Source: Sulfolobales archaeon HS-7 (GTDB taxonomy: Archaea; Thermoproteota; Thermoprotei_A; Sulfolobales; Sulfolobaceae). Taken from it: a DNA stretch of 64,000 nucleotides. Each line of letters opens with the position of its first letter. Within the stretch, counting starts at the first letter, position 1. The notes beneath the pieces were generated by a model. It ran no database searches, had not been told where the DNA came from, and saw only the letters and a list, made by a program, of their open reading frames with translations. This document shows, piece by piece, positions 31,624 to 44,651 of the stretch. Location of the stretch: positions 1,888,001 to 1,952,000 of the forward strand of contig AP024596.1 of assembly GCA_019704295.1 (NCBI GenBank), written 5' to 3'. A program made the position numbers and the translations under genes.

Positions 31624-32598
31624 ATGTCTATGCTTATAGATAGATATGGTCGGCCAATGGAAGATTTACGCATAACCCTAACTCATGTCTGTAATTTTAG
31701 CTGTTTCTTCTGCCACATGGAAGGTGAGGAATTATTGCCTAACGATCTTACAGCAAATGAAATTCGGTTAATAGCGAGTGTAGCAAAAGAGATTGGAATA
31801 GAATCGGTAAAGTTTACAGGTGGGGAGCCAACAGTTAGAAAGGACATTTTAGAGATAGTAGGATACGTTTCTGACTTCGGCTTTAAAGATATATCTCTTA
31901 CTACTAACGGATTTATGCTAACAAAATTAGCGATTAAATTAAGAGACGCAGGATTGCAGAGAATTAACATAAGCCTTCATTCTCTTAACCGAGAACGCTT
32001 TAAGAAGATCACTGGAGTAGATGGATTAAATAGGGTGCTTGAGGGAATTAATTCAGCAAAGGGAGCAGGATTTAAACAGATAAAGCTTAATTTCGTTGTA
32101 ACAAAGGAAAATTTTGATGAGATACATAATATAATACAGTTTGCAGAAGAAAACGGTATGAATTTACACCTGATTGAGCTTCACCCCGTTGGACTTGGCA
32201 AAGAGTCGTTCTCATCACATGAAGAGTTAACGTCAGTGGAGAGAAGCTTACAACACGTCGCCAGAAAGGTTGAAGTAAGGAAGAAACATTTTAGACCAGT
32301 CTACATCCTTCCCTCAGGGATAAAGGTAGAGATAGTTAAGCCATACGCTAATCCCTTATTCTGCGCAGGGTGTAATAGAATAAGACTTACTGCTGATGGA
32401 AAACTAAAAACTTGTCTATATAGAAATGACTTAATTGTGGACATCTTGGAAATTGTCAGAGGAGATTATAGTCCAGATGAGAAGAAACGCTTGATTGTTA
32501 AAGCATTTAAAATAGCCAATTTTATAAGGGAACCTAACTTTAAGTGGAGATACTCTTATGATTTACCTTTCAGAGATATAGTTAATGCAAAACATTAG
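31624..32598 (+). CDS. moaA: GTP 3',8-cyclase (radical SAM)
   Basis: [27 protein letters not shown] and [20 protein letters not shown]. Confidence 0.96.
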   Translation: MSMLIDRYGRPMEDLRITLTHVCNFSCFFCHMEGEELLPNDLTANEIRLIASVAKEIGIESVKFTGGEPTVRKDILEIVGYVSDFGFKDISLTTNGFMLTKLAIKLRDAGLQRINISLHSLNRERFKKITGVDGLNRVLEGINSAKGAGFKQIKLNFVVTKENFDEIHNIIQFAEENGMNLHLIELHPVGLGKESFSSHEELTSVERSLQHVARKVEVRKKHFRPVYILPSGIKVEIVKPYANPLFCAGCNRIRLTADGKLKTCLYRNDLIVDILEIVRGDYSPDEKKRLIVKAFKIANFIREPNFKWRYSYDLPFRDIVNAKH

Positions 32599-33631
32599 AA
32601 GAATTAATAAATTATTAGAGAAAAAGGAGTGTGTTGCAGTATTTGGAGAGAGTAATGTCTTCTACTTCACCGGATTTCGAGGTGCTGGGACAGTTATTAT
32701 TAGTGATGGCGTTGTAAATCTCGTAGTGCCAGTTTTAGAGGAGAATAGAGTTTCAGGAATAAACGGCGTAGAAACTATCGTTTACGGACTACCTGGTGTT
32801 GGCCGTTCATCACATAAGAACTTTTATGAAGTTCTCCAAGGATTGTGTAGGGAAGGAAATACGCTTAACGTTAACGTGTCTTCATTAGATCCGTCACTTT
32901 ACATTAATCTTACCTCCAAATATCAAGTAAAGGATATTTCAGAAGAGATTACATTAATGAGAGCTATAAAGGACGAGGAGGAACTAGAGTTTATAAGGAA
33001 AGCAGGAGAGATAACTTCTGTCGCACTAGAAAAAACAATAAATGAACTAGATGAGGGCAACAACGAAAAACTAATTGCCGGTACATTAGACTATTACATG
33101 AAAAAGCAAGGAGCAGAGGATTACTCTTTTCCAACTATTGTAGCTATTGCAGAAAACGCATCTGAACCTCATCATATACCTACTGGTCGACGATATAAGA
33201 AAGGAGATTTAATTTTAATAGACGCTGGTGCTAAGTTCGAGGGATACTCGTTTGACACCACTAGGACGATTTTTGCCGATACTCGAGAATTTAAAAAGAT
33301 CTACGAAATAGTTCTCGAAGCTCAATTAGAGGCAATAGATGAAATAGCACCTGGCGTTAAGGCCATTGAAATTGAGAGAAAAGCTAGAGGAGTTATAGAA
33401 AAGAATGATTACGGAAGATATTTTATTCACTCGACAGGACATGGAGTCGGAATAGATGTTCACGAATATCCTCCTATAAGCCTCAACTCTGCCGCAACAC
33501 TGGAGAAGGGAATGGTTATAACAGTAGAGCCTGGAATATATTTGGAAGGACGGTTTGGTGTAAGGATAGAGGATACTATTATAGTTGACGAAAAACCACG
33601 CGTATTACTCACTCCTTATAAACAAATTTAA
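32585..33631 (+). CDS. Xaa-Pro aminopeptidase / prolidase (M24B)
   Basis: [36 protein letters not shown] and GVRIED. Confidence 0.93.
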   Translation: MQNIRRINKLLEKKECVAVFGESNVFYFTGFRGAGTVIISDGVVNLVVPVLEENRVSGINGVETIVYGLPGVGRSSHKNFYEVLQGLCREGNTLNVNVSSLDPSLYINLTSKYQVKDISEEITLMRAIKDEEELEFIRKAGEITSVALEKTINELDEGNNEKLIAGTLDYYMKKQGAEDYSFPTIVAIAENASEPHHIPTGRRYKKGDLILIDAGAKFEGYSFDTTRTIFADTREFKKIYEIVLEAQLEAIDEIAPGVKAIEIERKARGVIEKNDYGRYFIHSTGHGVGIDVHEYPPISLNSAATLEKGMVITVEPGIYLEGRFGVRIEDTIIVDEKPRVLLTPYKQI

Positions 33632-33687
33632 AATCTTTTATAATATTCGCTTAAAAGGGATTCAAGCGTTATTATTTAGGATATAAG

Positions 33688-34314
33688 ATGGAGACTACAT
33701 TACATCAGGAACTACTTGTCACTGAGATATCGAAGCGTGTTAGAGAAATTCTTGAACTTTTAGGAGAGGATGTAAACAGAGAGGGACTAAAGGAAACTCC
33801 AGAAAGGGTTGCAAAAGCCCTACTTGAAATGACTAAGGGATTAAGGGAGGAAGAACCACAGATTAAAATATTTAGTTTAAAGAGTGATGGTTCGCCAACT
33901 GAGGATAATCAAGTAGTAATAGGGAAGGACATTAGATTCACTTCTTTATGCGAGCATCACCTATTACCTTTCATAGGTCACATTTCAATAGCTTACGTTG
34001 TGGGAAAGGAAGGGAAAGTCTTAGGGTTTAGTAAGCTTTCAAGAGTTGCCAATTATTTCGCCTCTAGACCTCAAATTCAGGAGAGACTTGTACAACAGAT
34101 AGCAGACGCATTAATGGATAGCGAGTTGAAGCCTGAAGGGGTTATTGTTATAGCTGAGGCTATTCATATGTGTGTCTACGTACGTGGGGTAAAAGACCCC
34201 GAAGCGTCGTTAACGACTATTGCGTCTAGGGGAATTTTAAAGACTAATGACAATATGAGACGTCAAGTACTTGATATGATAAACACTTCAAAAAGGAACA
34301 AGCCCTTACTGTGA
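33688..34314 (+). CDS. folE: GTP cyclohydrolase I
   Basis: [30 protein letters not shown] and HMCVYVRGV. Confidence 0.95.
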   Translation: METTLHQELLVTEISKRVREILELLGEDVNREGLKETPERVAKALLEMTKGLREEEPQIKIFSLKSDGSPTEDNQVVIGKDIRFTSLCEHHLLPFIGHISIAYVVGKEGKVLGFSKLSRVANYFASRPQIQERLVQQIADALMDSELKPEGVIVIAEAIHMCVYVRGVKDPEASLTTIASRGILKTNDNMRRQVLDMINTSKRNKPLL

Positions 34315-34588
34315 ACTTACTCCTTCTTGGCAGAAGGGACCTCCTGCTTCTCAGCTACATCCTGCCCAGAGGGTTCTACACGCTCTGAGGGTCGTACCCC
34401 GAAGTTAACGTTACAGTCCCACATGGGACTATAATTGGAGTAGAGATGTACCGCATCAATCCTAGCTTAGGCGTCTTGGTAACGCTTACTTCATCGATAG
34501 GTGTTATTGATATACTGGCTGCGAACCGAGTTGTGCAAAGGAGGCTATTCGCCTGTGGGTCTTTCGCCCACTTAAACCTCCAACGAAG
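34311..34588 (-). mobile_element. SMN1-like non-autonomous IS200/IS605 derivative, copy B (~278 bp)
   Basis: Collinear with copy A (ccttcttggc, gaagttaa, gactataattggag, cttaggcgt, tgatata, gaag|ATAAA). Its TCAC right end (GTGA on plus) overlaps the folE stop codon. TTTAT lies at the left junction. Confidence 0.8.
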
Positions 34589-34723
34589 ATAAAACTATAT
34601 AGTTAATTGAATCAAGATTAAAGCCCTCAACTGTTGAGTTTAGCTAAATAGTACCTCAAAAAGTGAGGTCGTGTTTTCACCCCATTATTTATAAGTGAAG
34701 CAGGCAAATAAGTTACGATTAGT

Positions 34724-37162
34724 ATGGTCCAAACTAATGAGGTTATTGAATTAATGAAATCGTGGCCCTCACACTACAATCCAAAAGAGATCGAGGAAAA
34801 GTGGCAAAGAATATGGCTCCTTGAGGAATACTGGAAGAATGTCTTTAGATTCAAAAGCGAGGATCACTCTAAACCTGCCTTTGTAATTGATACCCCACCA
34901 CCCTTTACAAGCGGGGAATTGCATATGGGGCATGCATACTGGGTGTCCATGATCGACGCTATTGCAAGATCAAAGAGACTCCAAGGATTTAACGTTCTTC
35001 ATCCTCAAGGCTGGGACACGCAAGGACTTCCTACTGAACTTAAAGTACAATATCGTCTCAGAATACCCAAGGAGAATAGACAACTCTTCCTTGAAAAGTG
35101 CATTGAATGGACTGAGAAGATGATAGCCAATATGAAAAGCGGAATGATAAGACTCGGATATAGACCTGAATGGGAAAGATATGAATATAGAACCTATTCG
35201 AAAGAGTATAGAAGAGTTATCCAATTAAGTCTCATCGATATGGCAAGAAAGGGATTTCTTGAACTTCGCTACGGGCCTGTATATTGGTGTCCGCACTGTG
35301 AAACGTCTTTAGCTCAAAGTGAAGTCGGGTATAAGGAGGCTTCTGGTCTGCTTAACACCATAAAATTTCCCCTAAAAGATGGAGATGAGATAAGAATAGC
35401 AACAACGAGGCCAGAGCTAATTCCTGCAGTGCAGGCAATAGTAATTAATCCCAATGATACCAGATATAAGGCACTCGTGGGGAAGAAGGCAATATCACCA
35501 ATTTTTAACAAAGAGATACCAATAATAGAGGACGAAGCTGTAGATATGAGTTTCGGAACTGGTGCAGTTATGGTATGCACATACGGAGATCCGCAAGACG
35601 TGAAATGGCAATTGAAGTATTCCCTCCCTGTAAGCGAGATAATAGACGAAAAAGGAAGGATAAAGAATACAGGTATTCTAGACGGTCTCACTGTAGAGGA
35701 GGCTAGGAAAAAAATTCTCGAAATGCTGAAAAATCAGGATTATTTGATTGACAGTAAACCGATCAGACATAACATCTTGTCCCACACTGAGAGATCGGAT
35801 TGCGGCTATCCAATAGAGTTCCTCGTCAAAAAGCAATTGTATATAAAGGTCCTTCCCTTTACTGATTTACTTCTCAAGAAAGTAGACGAAATGACATTCA
35901 AACCCACGAAGATGAAGTATTTTCTAAAAGAGTGGATTAAAGGCTTAGAATGGGATTGGAACATTTCAAGACAGAGAGTCTATGGAACTCCACTTCCATT
36001 TTGGTTCTGTGATAACGACCATCTAATACCAGCGGAAGAGAGTTCATTACCGATAGATCCTCGAGAGATAACTCAAACTAAAAAGTGCCCCGTATGTGGG
36101 TTAACGCTTAAACCGATAACGGATGTTGCGGACGTATGGATCGACTCTAGTGTAACCCTATTATATCTTACACAGTACTATGATAACAAGGAACTAATCG
36201 AATATGCCTTTCCAGGAAATCTGAGGGTACAGGGAACCGATATTATAAGAACCTGGTTGTTCTATACGCTTTTCAGAACGTGGGCAATAACAGGAAAACT
36301 GCCTTTTAGCGAAGCGCTAATTCACGGTCAAGTGCTCGGACCAGATAATAGCAGGATGAGCAAAAGCAAGGGGAACGTGGTCTCCCCCTTAGATAGAATA
36401 GATGAATATGGAGCAGACGCCATAAGGATGACTCTTTTAGGCTTTTCAATAGGTGACGATTTTCCATTTAAATGGGAAACCGTAAGGGGAAGAAAGTTAC
36501 TCCTACAAAAACTCTGGAACGCTTGCCGTTTACTATATCCCTTCGTCTACGGAAAAGATCTTAAAAAACCAGATAAGTTGAGCGTAGTAGATAAGTGGAT
36601 ATTATATATGCATAAAACATTTATTATTAATGCAATAAATAATTACAATTCGTATGACTTCTTCAAAATAATTGAGGACTTTCATCGCTATTTCTGGGAG
36701 GTAATAGCGGACGAGTATTTGGAGATGATAAAGTATAGACTCTTTGAAAACGATGATGCTGCAATTTTTGTAGCTAGGAGAATAATAAAGGATCTATTGA
36801 TAGTCATCCATCCCCTAGCTCCGCACATAACTGAGGAACTCTACTCTAGAATGTTTGGCGATAGACAGAGTATCCTATTGGAGAGATTTCCAGACGTCTC
36901 GGATATTGAGGAAGATGAGTACTCGCTTAAAGTAGGTAATGCCATAACGAAAATTAACTCTGCGATAAGAACCGAGAAGATAAGACAGAAACTGTCGATG
37001 AATACGCCAGTAAATGTGAGATTAACTTGCGACGAAGAACTAAAAGAGCTAGTTAAAATTGTTGAAAAGGATATTAAAAATACCCTAAAAATTGAGAATT
37101 TAGAGATACTAAGTGGAAATCAACTGAAAGTAGAAGTCGTTAGATCAGACCATGGGAGTTAA
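34724..37162 (+). CDS. valS: Valyl-tRNA synthetase
   Basis: [38 protein letters not shown] and RMSKSKGN. Confidence 0.96.
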   Translation: MVQTNEVIELMKSWPSHYNPKEIEEKWQRIWLLEEYWKNVFRFKSEDHSKPAFVIDTPPPFTSGELHMGHAYWVSMIDAIARSKRLQGFNVLHPQGWDTQGLPTELKVQYRLRIPKENRQLFLEKCIEWTEKMIANMKSGMIRLGYRPEWERYEYRTYSKEYRRVIQLSLIDMARKGFLELRYGPVYWCPHCETSLAQSEVGYKEASGLLNTIKFPLKDGDEIRIATTRPELIPAVQAIVINPNDTRYKALVGKKAISPIFNKEIPIIEDEAVDMSFGTGAVMVCTYGDPQDVKWQLKYSLPVSEIIDEKGRIKNTGILDGLTVEEARKKILEMLKNQDYLIDSKPIRHNILSHTERSDCGYPIEFLVKKQLYIKVLPFTDLLLKKVDEMTFKPTKMKYFLKEWIKGLEWDWNISRQRVYGTPLPFWFCDNDHLIPAEESSLPIDPREITQTKKCPVCGLTLKPITDVADVWIDSSVTLLYLTQYYDNKELIEYAFPGNLRVQGTDIIRTWLFYTLFRTWAITGKLPFSEALIHGQVLGPDNSRMSKSKGNVVSPLDRIDEYGADAIRMTLLGFSIGDDFPFKWETVRGRKLLLQKLWNACRLLYPFVYGKDLKKPDKLSVVDKWILYMHKTFIINAINNYNSYDFFKIIEDFHRYFWEVIADEYLEMIKYRLFENDDAAIFVARRIIKDLLIVIHPLAPHITEELYSRMFGDRQSILLERFPDVSDIEEDEYSLKVGNAITKINSAIRTEKIRQKLSMNTPVNVRLTCDEELKELVKIVEKDIKNTLKIENLEILSGNQLKVEVVRSDHGS

Positions 37163-37194
37163 GCTCACCTATCGCTACTATATTTCTCTTCATC

Positions 37195-38385
37195 CTAGAG
37201 TTTTTCTATCATTTCTTTTATCCTATTTATTCCTTCTTTAATATCTTCTTCGTCTACGGCAAAACTAAGTCTAAGGAAACCCCTTCCTTGTTCGAGGGGG
37301 AAAACAGAACCTGGTATGGTTACAACACCGACCTCCCTAATTAGTTTTATCGCTAATTCACGTGCTTCTACATTAATTCTGTTCATAATTTCAGAGAAGT
37401 CGACAAACATGTAAAACGTCGCTTGTGGTTTGGTAATCCTTATGCCTTTTACACTAGATAGACTTGCAAACATCGTATCTCTCCTTCTTCTAAATAAATT
37501 AACCATCTCGTTTACCTCGTTAAAAGTCCTGAACGCGGCTAACGCTGCCTTCTGAACGAAGCTAGTTGCACAGGTGTAGATATTAGTTGCGAGAATGGAT
37601 ACCTTGTTAATTACTTCTCTTTCTGCGATAACATAACCGAGTCTCCACCCAGTCATAGAAAACGTTTTGCTGAAACCGTTTACGTAAATTACGTTCTCCT
37701 TCCATTCTGGAATTCTTAATACTGAGGACATTTGCCCTTCATAAATGAAGTTGTCATATATTTCATCTGCTATTACTACTACGTTGTTATCTTTAGCTAT
37801 TTTTACTACATCGGTGACTTCCTTCCTGGAGAATATAGTACCTGTGGGATTGACTGGATTATTAAGAATTACTACCTTAGTCTTTGGAGTTATCTTCGAT
37901 TGAAACTCTGAAAGATCTATTGAGAAATTATTGTCCTTCCTAAGCTTGGAAAAGATAGGTCTCCCAAATAACATTTTTACTGCTTCGCTATAGGAGTAAA
38001 ATGAAGGATCAAATATTATAACCTCGTCTCCAGGTTTTATATACAGTAATAAGCTCAGATAGAGGGCTACTTTCGTACCAGGGGTTATCGCGACGTTTTC
38101 AGCCGTTAGTTCCTCGCCGTATTTTTGATTTACGTATTCCGCAACAGCTTTTCTAAGTTCATAAATACCTAGTGAAGGAGTGTATTTTGTGAAGTTGGTA
38201 TCTATAGCTTCCTTTGCTGCGTCCTTTATCTCCTTAAAAGTCGGCACGTCTGGCTGACCAATTCCGAAGTTTATTATCCTTTTCCCTTCTCTTTTAGCGA
38301 CATCATTTGCAATTTCCTGGTAAATCAGCGTACTCTCCCCATTAAGAGACTCTATACTATCCGTAAACCTCTCTATTGGTTTCAT
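37195..38385 (-). CDS. aspC: Aspartate aminotransferase (class I PLP)
   Basis: GIGQPD, NNPVNPTG, DEIYD and GFSKTFSMTGWRLG. Confidence 0.9.
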   Translation of the reverse strand: MKPIERFTDSIESLNGESTLIYQEIANDVAKREGKRIINFGIGQPDVPTFKEIKDAAKEAIDTNFTKYTPSLGIYELRKAVAEYVNQKYGEELTAENVAITPGTKVALYLSLLLYIKPGDEVIIFDPSFYSYSEAVKMLFGRPIFSKLRKDNNFSIDLSEFQSKITPKTKVVILNNPVNPTGTIFSRKEVTDVVKIAKDNNVVVIADEIYDNFIYEGQMSSVLRIPEWKENVIYVNGFSKTFSMTGWRLGYVIAEREVINKVSILATNIYTCATSFVQKAALAAFRTFNEVNEMVNLFRRRRDTMFASLSSVKGIRITKPQATFYMFVDFSEIMNRINVEARELAIKLIREVGVVTIPGSVFPLEQGRGFLRLSFAVDEEDIKEGINRIKEMIEKL

Positions 38386-38386
38386 A

Positions 38387-39145
38387 CTATTTCATCTCAT
38401 TCGCGGTGAACTCTCTTATTTTTTCGGGATTTTGAAGAAGACTAGTACCTATTAAAAACGCATCCGCCCCTGCCTTTCTAAGCATAAGTATTTCGCTCTT
38501 ACTAGTTATTCCACTCTCAGCTATCTTTATCATATTTTTCGGTATTAATGAGAGCAGAAGAGACGACTTATTTAGGTCGATTTTCAGATCTCTGAGGTTT
38601 CTTGAGTTAACGCCTATCATGTCTGGTTGTAATGAGTTAATTATCTCTAGCTCCTTCTCATTTGAGATCTCAACTATTACTTCTAAGTTAAACGACTTGG
38701 CGTACTCATACAAATCCTCTAACTCCCTTTCAGTTAATATAGTGGCTATCAATAAAATAGCGTCTGCCCCTATATTAAATGCCGTCTCTACCTGCATTGG
38801 TGATACTACAAAGTCCTTCATTAAAATAGGAATAGATACCCACTTTCCTATTTCTCGCAATAACTCATAATCCCCCTTAAAGAATTTCTCTTCTGTAACA
38901 ACACTTAAACCTACTGCACCATTATTCTGCATAAATGTCGAGTACTCAACAGGATCTATGGACACCTCGAGTCCAGAAGGAGAACCTCTCTTATATTCTG
39001 CGATAATTGGCGTAGTGTTATCGCCTGAATTCCCAATTCTGGTCGATAAGCTATGAATTTTCCTAGTTCTTTGAACGTCTACTGGGATTCTATTTAGCGA
39101 AATCTCGGTTACCTCCTTTAGCCATCCATCTAAAAGTCGAGGCAT
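38387..39145 (-). CDS. trpC: Indole-3-glycerol-phosphate synthase
   Basis: IAEYKRGSPSG, LMKDF, GVNSRNL and AESGI. The start MPRLLDGWL at 39145 matches the Sulfolobus TrpC N-terminus. Confidence 0.95.
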   Translation of the reverse strand: MPRLLDGWLKEVTEISLNRIPVDVQRTRKIHSLSTRIGNSGDNTTPIIAEYKRGSPSGLEVSIDPVEYSTFMQNNGAVGLSVVTEEKFFKGDYELLREIGKWVSIPILMKDFVVSPMQVETAFNIGADAILLIATILTERELEDLYEYAKSFNLEVIVEISNEKELEIINSLQPDMIGVNSRNLRDLKIDLNKSSLLLSLIPKNMIKIAESGITSKSEILMLRKAGADAFLIGTSLLQNPEKIREFTANEMK

Positions 39146-39152
39146 TGGTAGT

Positions 39153-39734
39153 TTACACCTTGTTAATGAAGTTATATAGAATTTTATAACCTTCCCTGGT
39201 TCCCACCGATTCTGGATGAAATTGAACTCCATAAACCCTATACTCCTCATGTTCTATTCCCATGACCTCCTGGTCTTCTTTAGAGACAGCCGTGACCCTT
39301 AACGGTGTTTTTACGTTCCTTACAACAAGACTATGATATCTAGTAGCGTGAAAGGTATTTGGTATACCGTAGTACAATCGAGAATTATAGTGAAATATCT
39401 CGCTAATTTTTCCGTGAAATATTGTATTGGCTTTCTCGATATTAGCCCCATATGCATATCCTATTATCTGATGACCTAAACATACCCCTAATATAGGAAT
39501 CTTGACTCCTAAGTTCTTAACGATATCAAGACTTATTCCAACATCCTCCTTTTTTAGTGGAGTCCCAGGACCCGGAGAAATAATTACCCTATCGGGATTT
39601 ATCCGCATTACACCTGATAAGGATATCTCATCATTTCTGATCACTATAGGAACGGTCCCTAATTGGGCTACCAATTGATATATATTAAAAACAAAACTAT
39701 CGTAATTATCAATAATTAGTGTTATGTCCACCAC
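39153..39734 (-). CDS. trpG: Anthranilate synthase component II
   Basis: IDNYDSF, SPGPG, GVCLGHQ, RYHSL and QFHPES. Confidence 0.96.
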   Translation of the reverse strand: MVDITLIIDNYDSFVFNIYQLVAQLGTVPIVIRNDEISLSGVMRINPDRVIISPGPGTPLKKEDVGISLDIVKNLGVKIPILGVCLGHQIIGYAYGANIEKANTIFHGKISEIFHYNSRLYYGIPNTFHATRYHSLVVRNVKTPLRVTAVSKEDQEVMGIEHEEYRVYGVQFHPESVGTREGYKILYNFINKV

Positions 39735-41034
39735 TTCTCTCCTCTATAGCCAATTTAAGTGCGGCCAGTTTGTTTTCGACCTCCTTGTCCTCGGCCTCTG
39801 GGATCGAGTCCGCTACAATTCCTGCACCTGCTTGAAGTCTAAAATTGCCATTTATGGCAAATCCGCTTCTTATAGTTATGGCAAATTCGGCGTTACCATC
39901 CACCGAGAAATAGCCCACAGCTCCTGCATATGGACCTCTTCTATACCTTTCGAGCCTTTCTATAATTCGCATTGACATAGGTTTAGGTGCGCCCGAGACA
40001 GTACCTGCAGGGAACACTGCTTTTAACACATCGAATGAGTCATAACGCCTAGTGTCTAGATTACCTATTACTCTACTAACTATATGCTGTACGTGGCTAT
40101 ATTTCTCTATATACATGAGTTCAGGAACCCTAACTGTTCCCGGTATACTAACCTTGCCTATATCATTTCGCGCTAAATCAACTAGCATTAAATGTTCAGC
40201 CCGATCTTTTTCTGATCTCATTAGAGTTTGCTCTAGCTTCAAATCCTCCTCTGGATCAATTCCTCTCCTTATAGTCCCAGCTATAGGAAATGTCTCAATT
40301 ACGCCTTCGTCAACTCGGAATAAAGTCTCTGGACTTGAACCTATTATCACCCTTTCGTTAAACTTTAGAAAATACATATAAGGAGATGGATTAATTTTCC
40401 TTAGTCTTATATAAAAATCTATTAAATCCCCAGAATACTTGTAGGTAAGAATTTTTGATATTACGGTTTGAAACGTGTATCCTTCCTTTATATAGTTTAA
40501 AACTTCATTTACGTTTTTCTTAAACTCGTACGATGATATTACGGGTTTGCCCTCGCTGAAGTTAGTGCGTTCCCATATTTCTCCCCTACACTCAGGCAAA
40601 GAGCCTTCAACATAAGCAACGCTATTTAAATTATCGTATAAAACGACGTTCGAGGGAATAAAGAATTCTGCGTCTGGCCAATTCTCCACATTTGAAACTA
40701 AACTAGGAATTTTTTCATAATACCTTATAAGATCATATGATAGATATCCTATCGCTCCTCCTTTAAATCTGCTTGGAAAGTTAACTTGAACCGCTCTTTG
40801 AAGCAATCTTTTTACAGCTAGGAGAGGATCAGTCCCTTCGGAAAATCCTTCTTCACCCTTAATTTTTCCCTCTTTAATTTCAACTGCTCCTTTAGAACCC
40901 CATGCAACTAAGGTGAACCTTGCTTTATACTGAGGGCCCTCTAAACTTTCCAGGAGAGTTGCGTAATCGTTATCCTTTACACAATTAAATAATTGTAGTG
41001 GCTTGAGTAAATTGTTAATGCTCTTGGTTTCCAT
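39709..41034 (-). CDS. trpE: Anthranilate synthase component I
   Basis: [28 protein letters not shown] and [11 protein letters not shown]. Confidence 0.96.
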   Translation of the reverse strand: METKSINNLLKPLQLFNCVKDNDYATLLESLEGPQYKARFTLVAWGSKGAVEIKEGKIKGEEGFSEGTDPLLAVKRLLQRAVQVNFPSRFKGGAIGYLSYDLIRYYEKIPSLVSNVENWPDAEFFIPSNVVLYDNLNSVAYVEGSLPECRGEIWERTNFSEGKPVISSYEFKKNVNEVLNYIKEGYTFQTVISKILTYKYSGDLIDFYIRLRKINPSPYMYFLKFNERVIIGSSPETLFRVDEGVIETFPIAGTIRRGIDPEEDLKLEQTLMRSEKDRAEHLMLVDLARNDIGKVSIPGTVRVPELMYIEKYSHVQHIVSRVIGNLDTRRYDSFDVLKAVFPAGTVSGAPKPMSMRIIERLERYRRGPYAGAVGYFSVDGNAEFAITIRSGFAINGNFRLQAGAGIVADSIPEAEDKEVENKLAALKLAIEERSGGHNTNY

Positions 41035-41617
41035 ACTTTACAGCCTCAATAAATTTTTCCACCTTTACTTCGTCCTTTTTACCTGGATATTTTTCCACGC
41101 CACTCGAAACGTCGTATATTTTAGCTTTGTAATTTAGGTAATTAATTACATTCTCTGGCGTAAGACCTCCAGCTATTCCGGCAAACCTGAGTTTTTCCTT
41201 AACCTTTTCCAAGAAGCTAATTGGAAGCTGAACTCCCTTTTTGTGAACGTCAATAAGAGGTGTAAATCCCTTCTCTATAATAGTATTCATATACTGTATA
41301 TATTCTGGTAAAGCTGGAATGTAAAGTATAGCGTTTACCGAACTCTTTTCCAATTCATTTAATTCCGACAGAAATAGCACTCTATGAATTTGAACTCCGT
41401 CAAATAATCGTCCTATTTTTACAATATCGTTTATATTTCCGCTCTGTTTTACGTAAATTACGTTTATACTTACAGATTTCTTTATTTCATTAGCTCTCTC
41501 TAGGTTCACAAACCTCGGAGTGTTTTCTTCACCTACAATGCCTATCATATCAGCGCCCTTTTCTTCTGCAAGTTTAGCGTCGCCCACGTTAGTTATCCCG
41601 CAGATCTTTACCTTCAC
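41015..41617 (-). CDS. trpF: Phosphoribosylanthranilate isomerase
   Basis: VKICGIT, AGGLTPENV and DVSSGVE..PGKKD. Confidence 0.95.
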   Translation of the reverse strand: MKVKICGITNVGDAKLAEEKGADMIGIVGEENTPRFVNLERANEIKKSVSINVIYVKQSGNINDIVKIGRLFDGVQIHRVLFLSELNELEKSSVNAILYIPALPEYIQYMNTIIEKGFTPLIDVHKKGVQLPISFLEKVKEKLRFAGIAGGLTPENVINYLNYKAKIYDVSSGVEKYPGKKDEVKVEKFIEAVKYGNQEH

Positions 41618-42654
41618 TTTTTCACCTTTTCCAAAACCTTGAGAAAGGGACTTACGTCGCCTCCACTAGCCTTTATTACCTCATTAACCTTCGTTATGAC
41701 TTCACTAGTATCATTAATAGCTAACTCATAACCGTCCTTGAAGTCCTTAACAACTCCAGCAACATAATACGCTACCGAGGAGTTTACTGCTATAAAATCC
41801 AACACATCCCTATCCAAACCAAGGAATGCCCTTATCACTTTTTCAACGGATTCTTCAGTGGAGCTTGCTTGTAGTTTTTCAATACTCACCCTATTTCGCA
41901 CTCCGAAATCTTCTGGAGATAGTCTAATCTCATCAATATCCTTCTCCACTAATATAACATGTGTTAAACCTGACAAACTTACTTCGTCTATTCCCGGTTC
42001 TCCGAAAACTACTGCGGATTTCGTTGTTCTAAGCTTATGAAGGGCTTCAGCCATCTTCCTAGCATAGTTAATAGAGAATACACCTATTACTTGACGTTCG
42101 ACCGAGGCCGGGTTAGTTAGAGGGCCGAGAAGATTAAAAATAGTTCTGACTCCTAACGTTTTCCTCACGTTTGCTACATTCTTCATAGCAGGATGATATA
42201 ACTGAGCGAAGAGAAATGCAAAATTACTCTTTATTACCGCAGACTTAACCTGTTCTGGAGATAGGTAAATATTGTACCCTAACCTCTCAAGAAAATCTGC
42301 ACTTCCCGTTTTACTGCTTACGGATCTATTCCCATGTTTTAATACTGGAACTCGCAAACTAAGAAGTATTGCCGAAGCCGTACTTACATTGATAGTATGC
42401 ATGAAGTCTCCTCCGGTACCCGCAGTATCAATCCCCTGAGGAAAGTCCACTTTTATCATATGCTTCCTCATACTCTTGGCAAATCCCAAAATTTCCTGCT
42501 CGCTTTCACCCTTAGCCCTCAGGGCTACGAGAATGGCAGAAGTTACTATTTCAGACTGTTCCCCATTAATTATACTATCTGCAACCTCTTCGGAAATTCC
42601 TTCATCTAGGTCGATTTTTTCTAATATCTTTTCTAGAATCTCCTTAGTATTCAT
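41614..42654 (-). CDS. trpD: Anthranilate phosphoribosyltransferase
   Basis: DTAGTGGD, KHGNRSVSSKTGSAD and RTIFNLLGPLTNP. Confidence 0.96.
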   Translation of the reverse strand: MNTKEILEKILEKIDLDEGISEEVADSIINGEQSEIVTSAILVALRAKGESEQEILGFAKSMRKHMIKVDFPQGIDTAGTGGDFMHTINVSTASAILLSLRVPVLKHGNRSVSSKTGSADFLERLGYNIYLSPEQVKSAVIKSNFAFLFAQLYHPAMKNVANVRKTLGVRTIFNLLGPLTNPASVERQVIGVFSINYARKMAEALHKLRTTKSAVVFGEPGIDEVSLSGLTHVILVEKDIDEIRLSPEDFGVRNRVSIEKLQASSTEESVEKVIRAFLGLDRDVLDFIAVNSSVAYYVAGVVKDFKDGYELAINDTSEVITKVNEVIKASGGDVSPFLKVLEKVKK

Positions 42655-43375
42655 TTAATAACCCCATGAGTTTCCTGCCTTTAGCTAATGCCTCCTCAAC
42701 TCCTCCTGTTTCTAAAGCCTGAATGAATGTAGTACCTATCGCTATTCCGTCTGCGCCAGCAGATAGTGCAAGCCTTATATCGTTTTCGTCTGACAGTCCG
42801 AATCCTACTATTATTTTCTTGTCTACTAGCTCTCTTATTCTTCTCACTAACCGTTCTATTCCTATTGGTATATCTACACCGGTCGTAGGTCTCATCCCGT
42901 AATAGAGAAACAAATCGGTAAGCTTTGATGTAGTAACTATGAAGCTGTCAGGAACCGTCGGAGTTACGAAAATTACGTTTTTTAATCCAACCTCTTTCGT
43001 AATCGTTGCTATTTCCTCTACTTTATTCGGAAAGTCGATGAGTAAGTCAGGGAAAAGAACTCCATCAACCTCATACGAATAAATTTCCTCTAGAAACTTC
43101 TTAACATTAGCCAAGTGTTCCTCAACGTAAGAAAGAACAACTATAGGGACGTCTACGTAATGTCTTAACTCCTTAAGAACACTTCCCATTTCGAGTTTTC
43201 GAGTATTCACAGCTCTGTAACTCCTTCTGATCACAGGCCCGTCGTATTTAGCATATGCGGGAGGTAATCCTACCTCTATTGCTGAAGCACCTACCTCTAC
43301 GATCCCCTTCATAAAAGCGAGGAACTTCTCATCAGTAGGATATCCTATCGTATCATAAGCTACTAGCTCTCGCAT
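42644..43375 (-). CDS. trpA: Tryptophan synthase alpha chain
   Basis: GYP, EVGLP...DGPVI, VGFG and GADGIAIGT. Confidence 0.94.
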   Translation of the reverse strand: MRELVAYDTIGYPTDEKFLAFMKGIVEVGASAIEVGLPPAYAKYDGPVIRRSYRAVNTRKLEMGSVLKELRHYVDVPIVVLSYVEEHLANVKKFLEEIYSYEVDGVLFPDLLIDFPNKVEEIATITKEVGLKNVIFVTPTVPDSFIVTTSKLTDLFLYYGMRPTTGVDIPIGIERLVRRIRELVDKKIIVGFGLSDENDIRLALSAGADGIAIGTTFIQALETGGVEEALAKGRKLMGLLNEY

Positions 43376-44640
43376 TACTCCCTCAGCCTCTTCATCATGG
43401 ACTCGTAATTAGTTAAATCTAGCAAACCGTGGCCACTGAAGTTAAAGACTATCGTCTTCCTATCACCAGACTTCTTGGCATTACGTGCCTCCTCTATAAC
43501 CGAAGCTATTGCATGGGCAGTCTCTGGTGCAGGCACTAGTCCTTGGGATTCTATCATTAATTTAGCTGCATCGAAAACTTCTGCCTCCGAATACTCTCTC
43601 CACCTTACTTTACCCCTCTTTATTAGCAAACTGAGGGATGGGGCGACTCCGTGGTATCTTAGACCACCGGCATATATTGAGGGAGGAACATAATCTTTTC
43701 CTAGGGTTATCATTTTTATCATAGGAAGTATTCCCGCTGAATCAGGATAGTCGTATTTATATTCACCAAGTGAAAACTTAGGAATTTCTTTCGAAGCCAC
43801 AGCTATATATTCCTTTCCTACATTGTTTCCTATAAAGGGAAAAGCAAATCCGCTGAAATTGCTTCCACCTCCCACGCAACCTATTAACGTGTCGGGTTCT
43901 ACGCCCTCCAACTCTAATTGTTTCATAGCCTCTTGTCCTATAACACTCTGGTGCAAAACGACTAGATCTAAAACACTGCCTACTAAATACCTATAACCGT
44001 TCCTTAAAGAATACTCTACTGATTCGCTCATTGCTATACCTAATGAACCTGGGTGATTAGGATTCATCTCCAATATCTTCTTTCCATATTCTGTTAGTTG
44101 ACTAGGACTTGCAAACACTTCACCACCATATAAATTCATTAACGTTTTTCTCATCGGTTTTTGTTCTAAACTTACCCTTACCATAAATATAGTGGATCTC
44201 ATTTTATACAATGACGCGGCCAAAGCGACTGCAGTACCCCATTGTCCAGCTCCAGTTTCTGTGACAATGTGCGCTATACCCTCTTCTTTTGCAAAATAGG
44301 CCTGAGCTAACGCTGTGTTTATTTTATGAGAACCTGTTGGTGTAGCTCCTTCGTATTTAAAATATATCCTTGCGGGCGTGTTAAGTTTATCTTCCAATCC
44401 TTTAGCTCTTATAAGAGGTGTCGGTCTACCTATAAGTAAATATTTGCTTAGTACCTCCTCTGGTATTTTTACGTATCTCTCCACAGTAAACTGTTGCCTG
44501 AGAACCTCCTTTGGTAAGATTGATCTTAACAAATCTATCTTCGACCGTTCATCGTCTGGAGGATCGCGTGGAGGCGGAAGCGGTTCGGGGAGATCTGGGA
44601 CTATATTATACCAATATTTCGGAATTATTTCATCTACCAT
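43375..44640 (-). CDS. trpB: Tryptophan synthase beta chain (TrpB2 type, operon-encoded)
   Basis: [34 protein letters not shown] and FSGHGLLDL. Confidence 0.96.
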   Translation of the reverse strand: MVDEIIPKYWYNIVPDLPEPLPPPRDPPDDERSKIDLLRSILPKEVLRQQFTVERYVKIPEEVLSKYLLIGRPTPLIRAKGLEDKLNTPARIYFKYEGATPTGSHKINTALAQAYFAKEEGIAHIVTETGAGQWGTAVALAASLYKMRSTIFMVRVSLEQKPMRKTLMNLYGGEVFASPSQLTEYGKKILEMNPNHPGSLGIAMSESVEYSLRNGYRYLVGSVLDLVVLHQSVIGQEAMKQLELEGVEPDTLIGCVGGGSNFSGFAFPFIGNNVGKEYIAVASKEIPKFSLGEYKYDYPDSAGILPMIKMITLGKDYVPPSIYAGGLRYHGVAPSLSLLIKRGKVRWREYSEAEVFDAAKLMIESQGLVPAPETAHAIASVIEEARNAKKSGDRKTIVFNFSGHGLLDLTNYESMMKRLRE

Positions 44641-44651
44641 TGGTGCATCAT
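44634..44651 (-). promoter_or_regulatory. Candidate trp leader micro-ORF MMHQW*
   Basis: The minus strand reads AAGGTG-ctt-ATG ATG CAC CAA TGG TAG, overlapping the trpB ATG GTA G. A BRE/TATA AAAGCTTATAAAC lies at ~44693-44681. Confidence 0.4.
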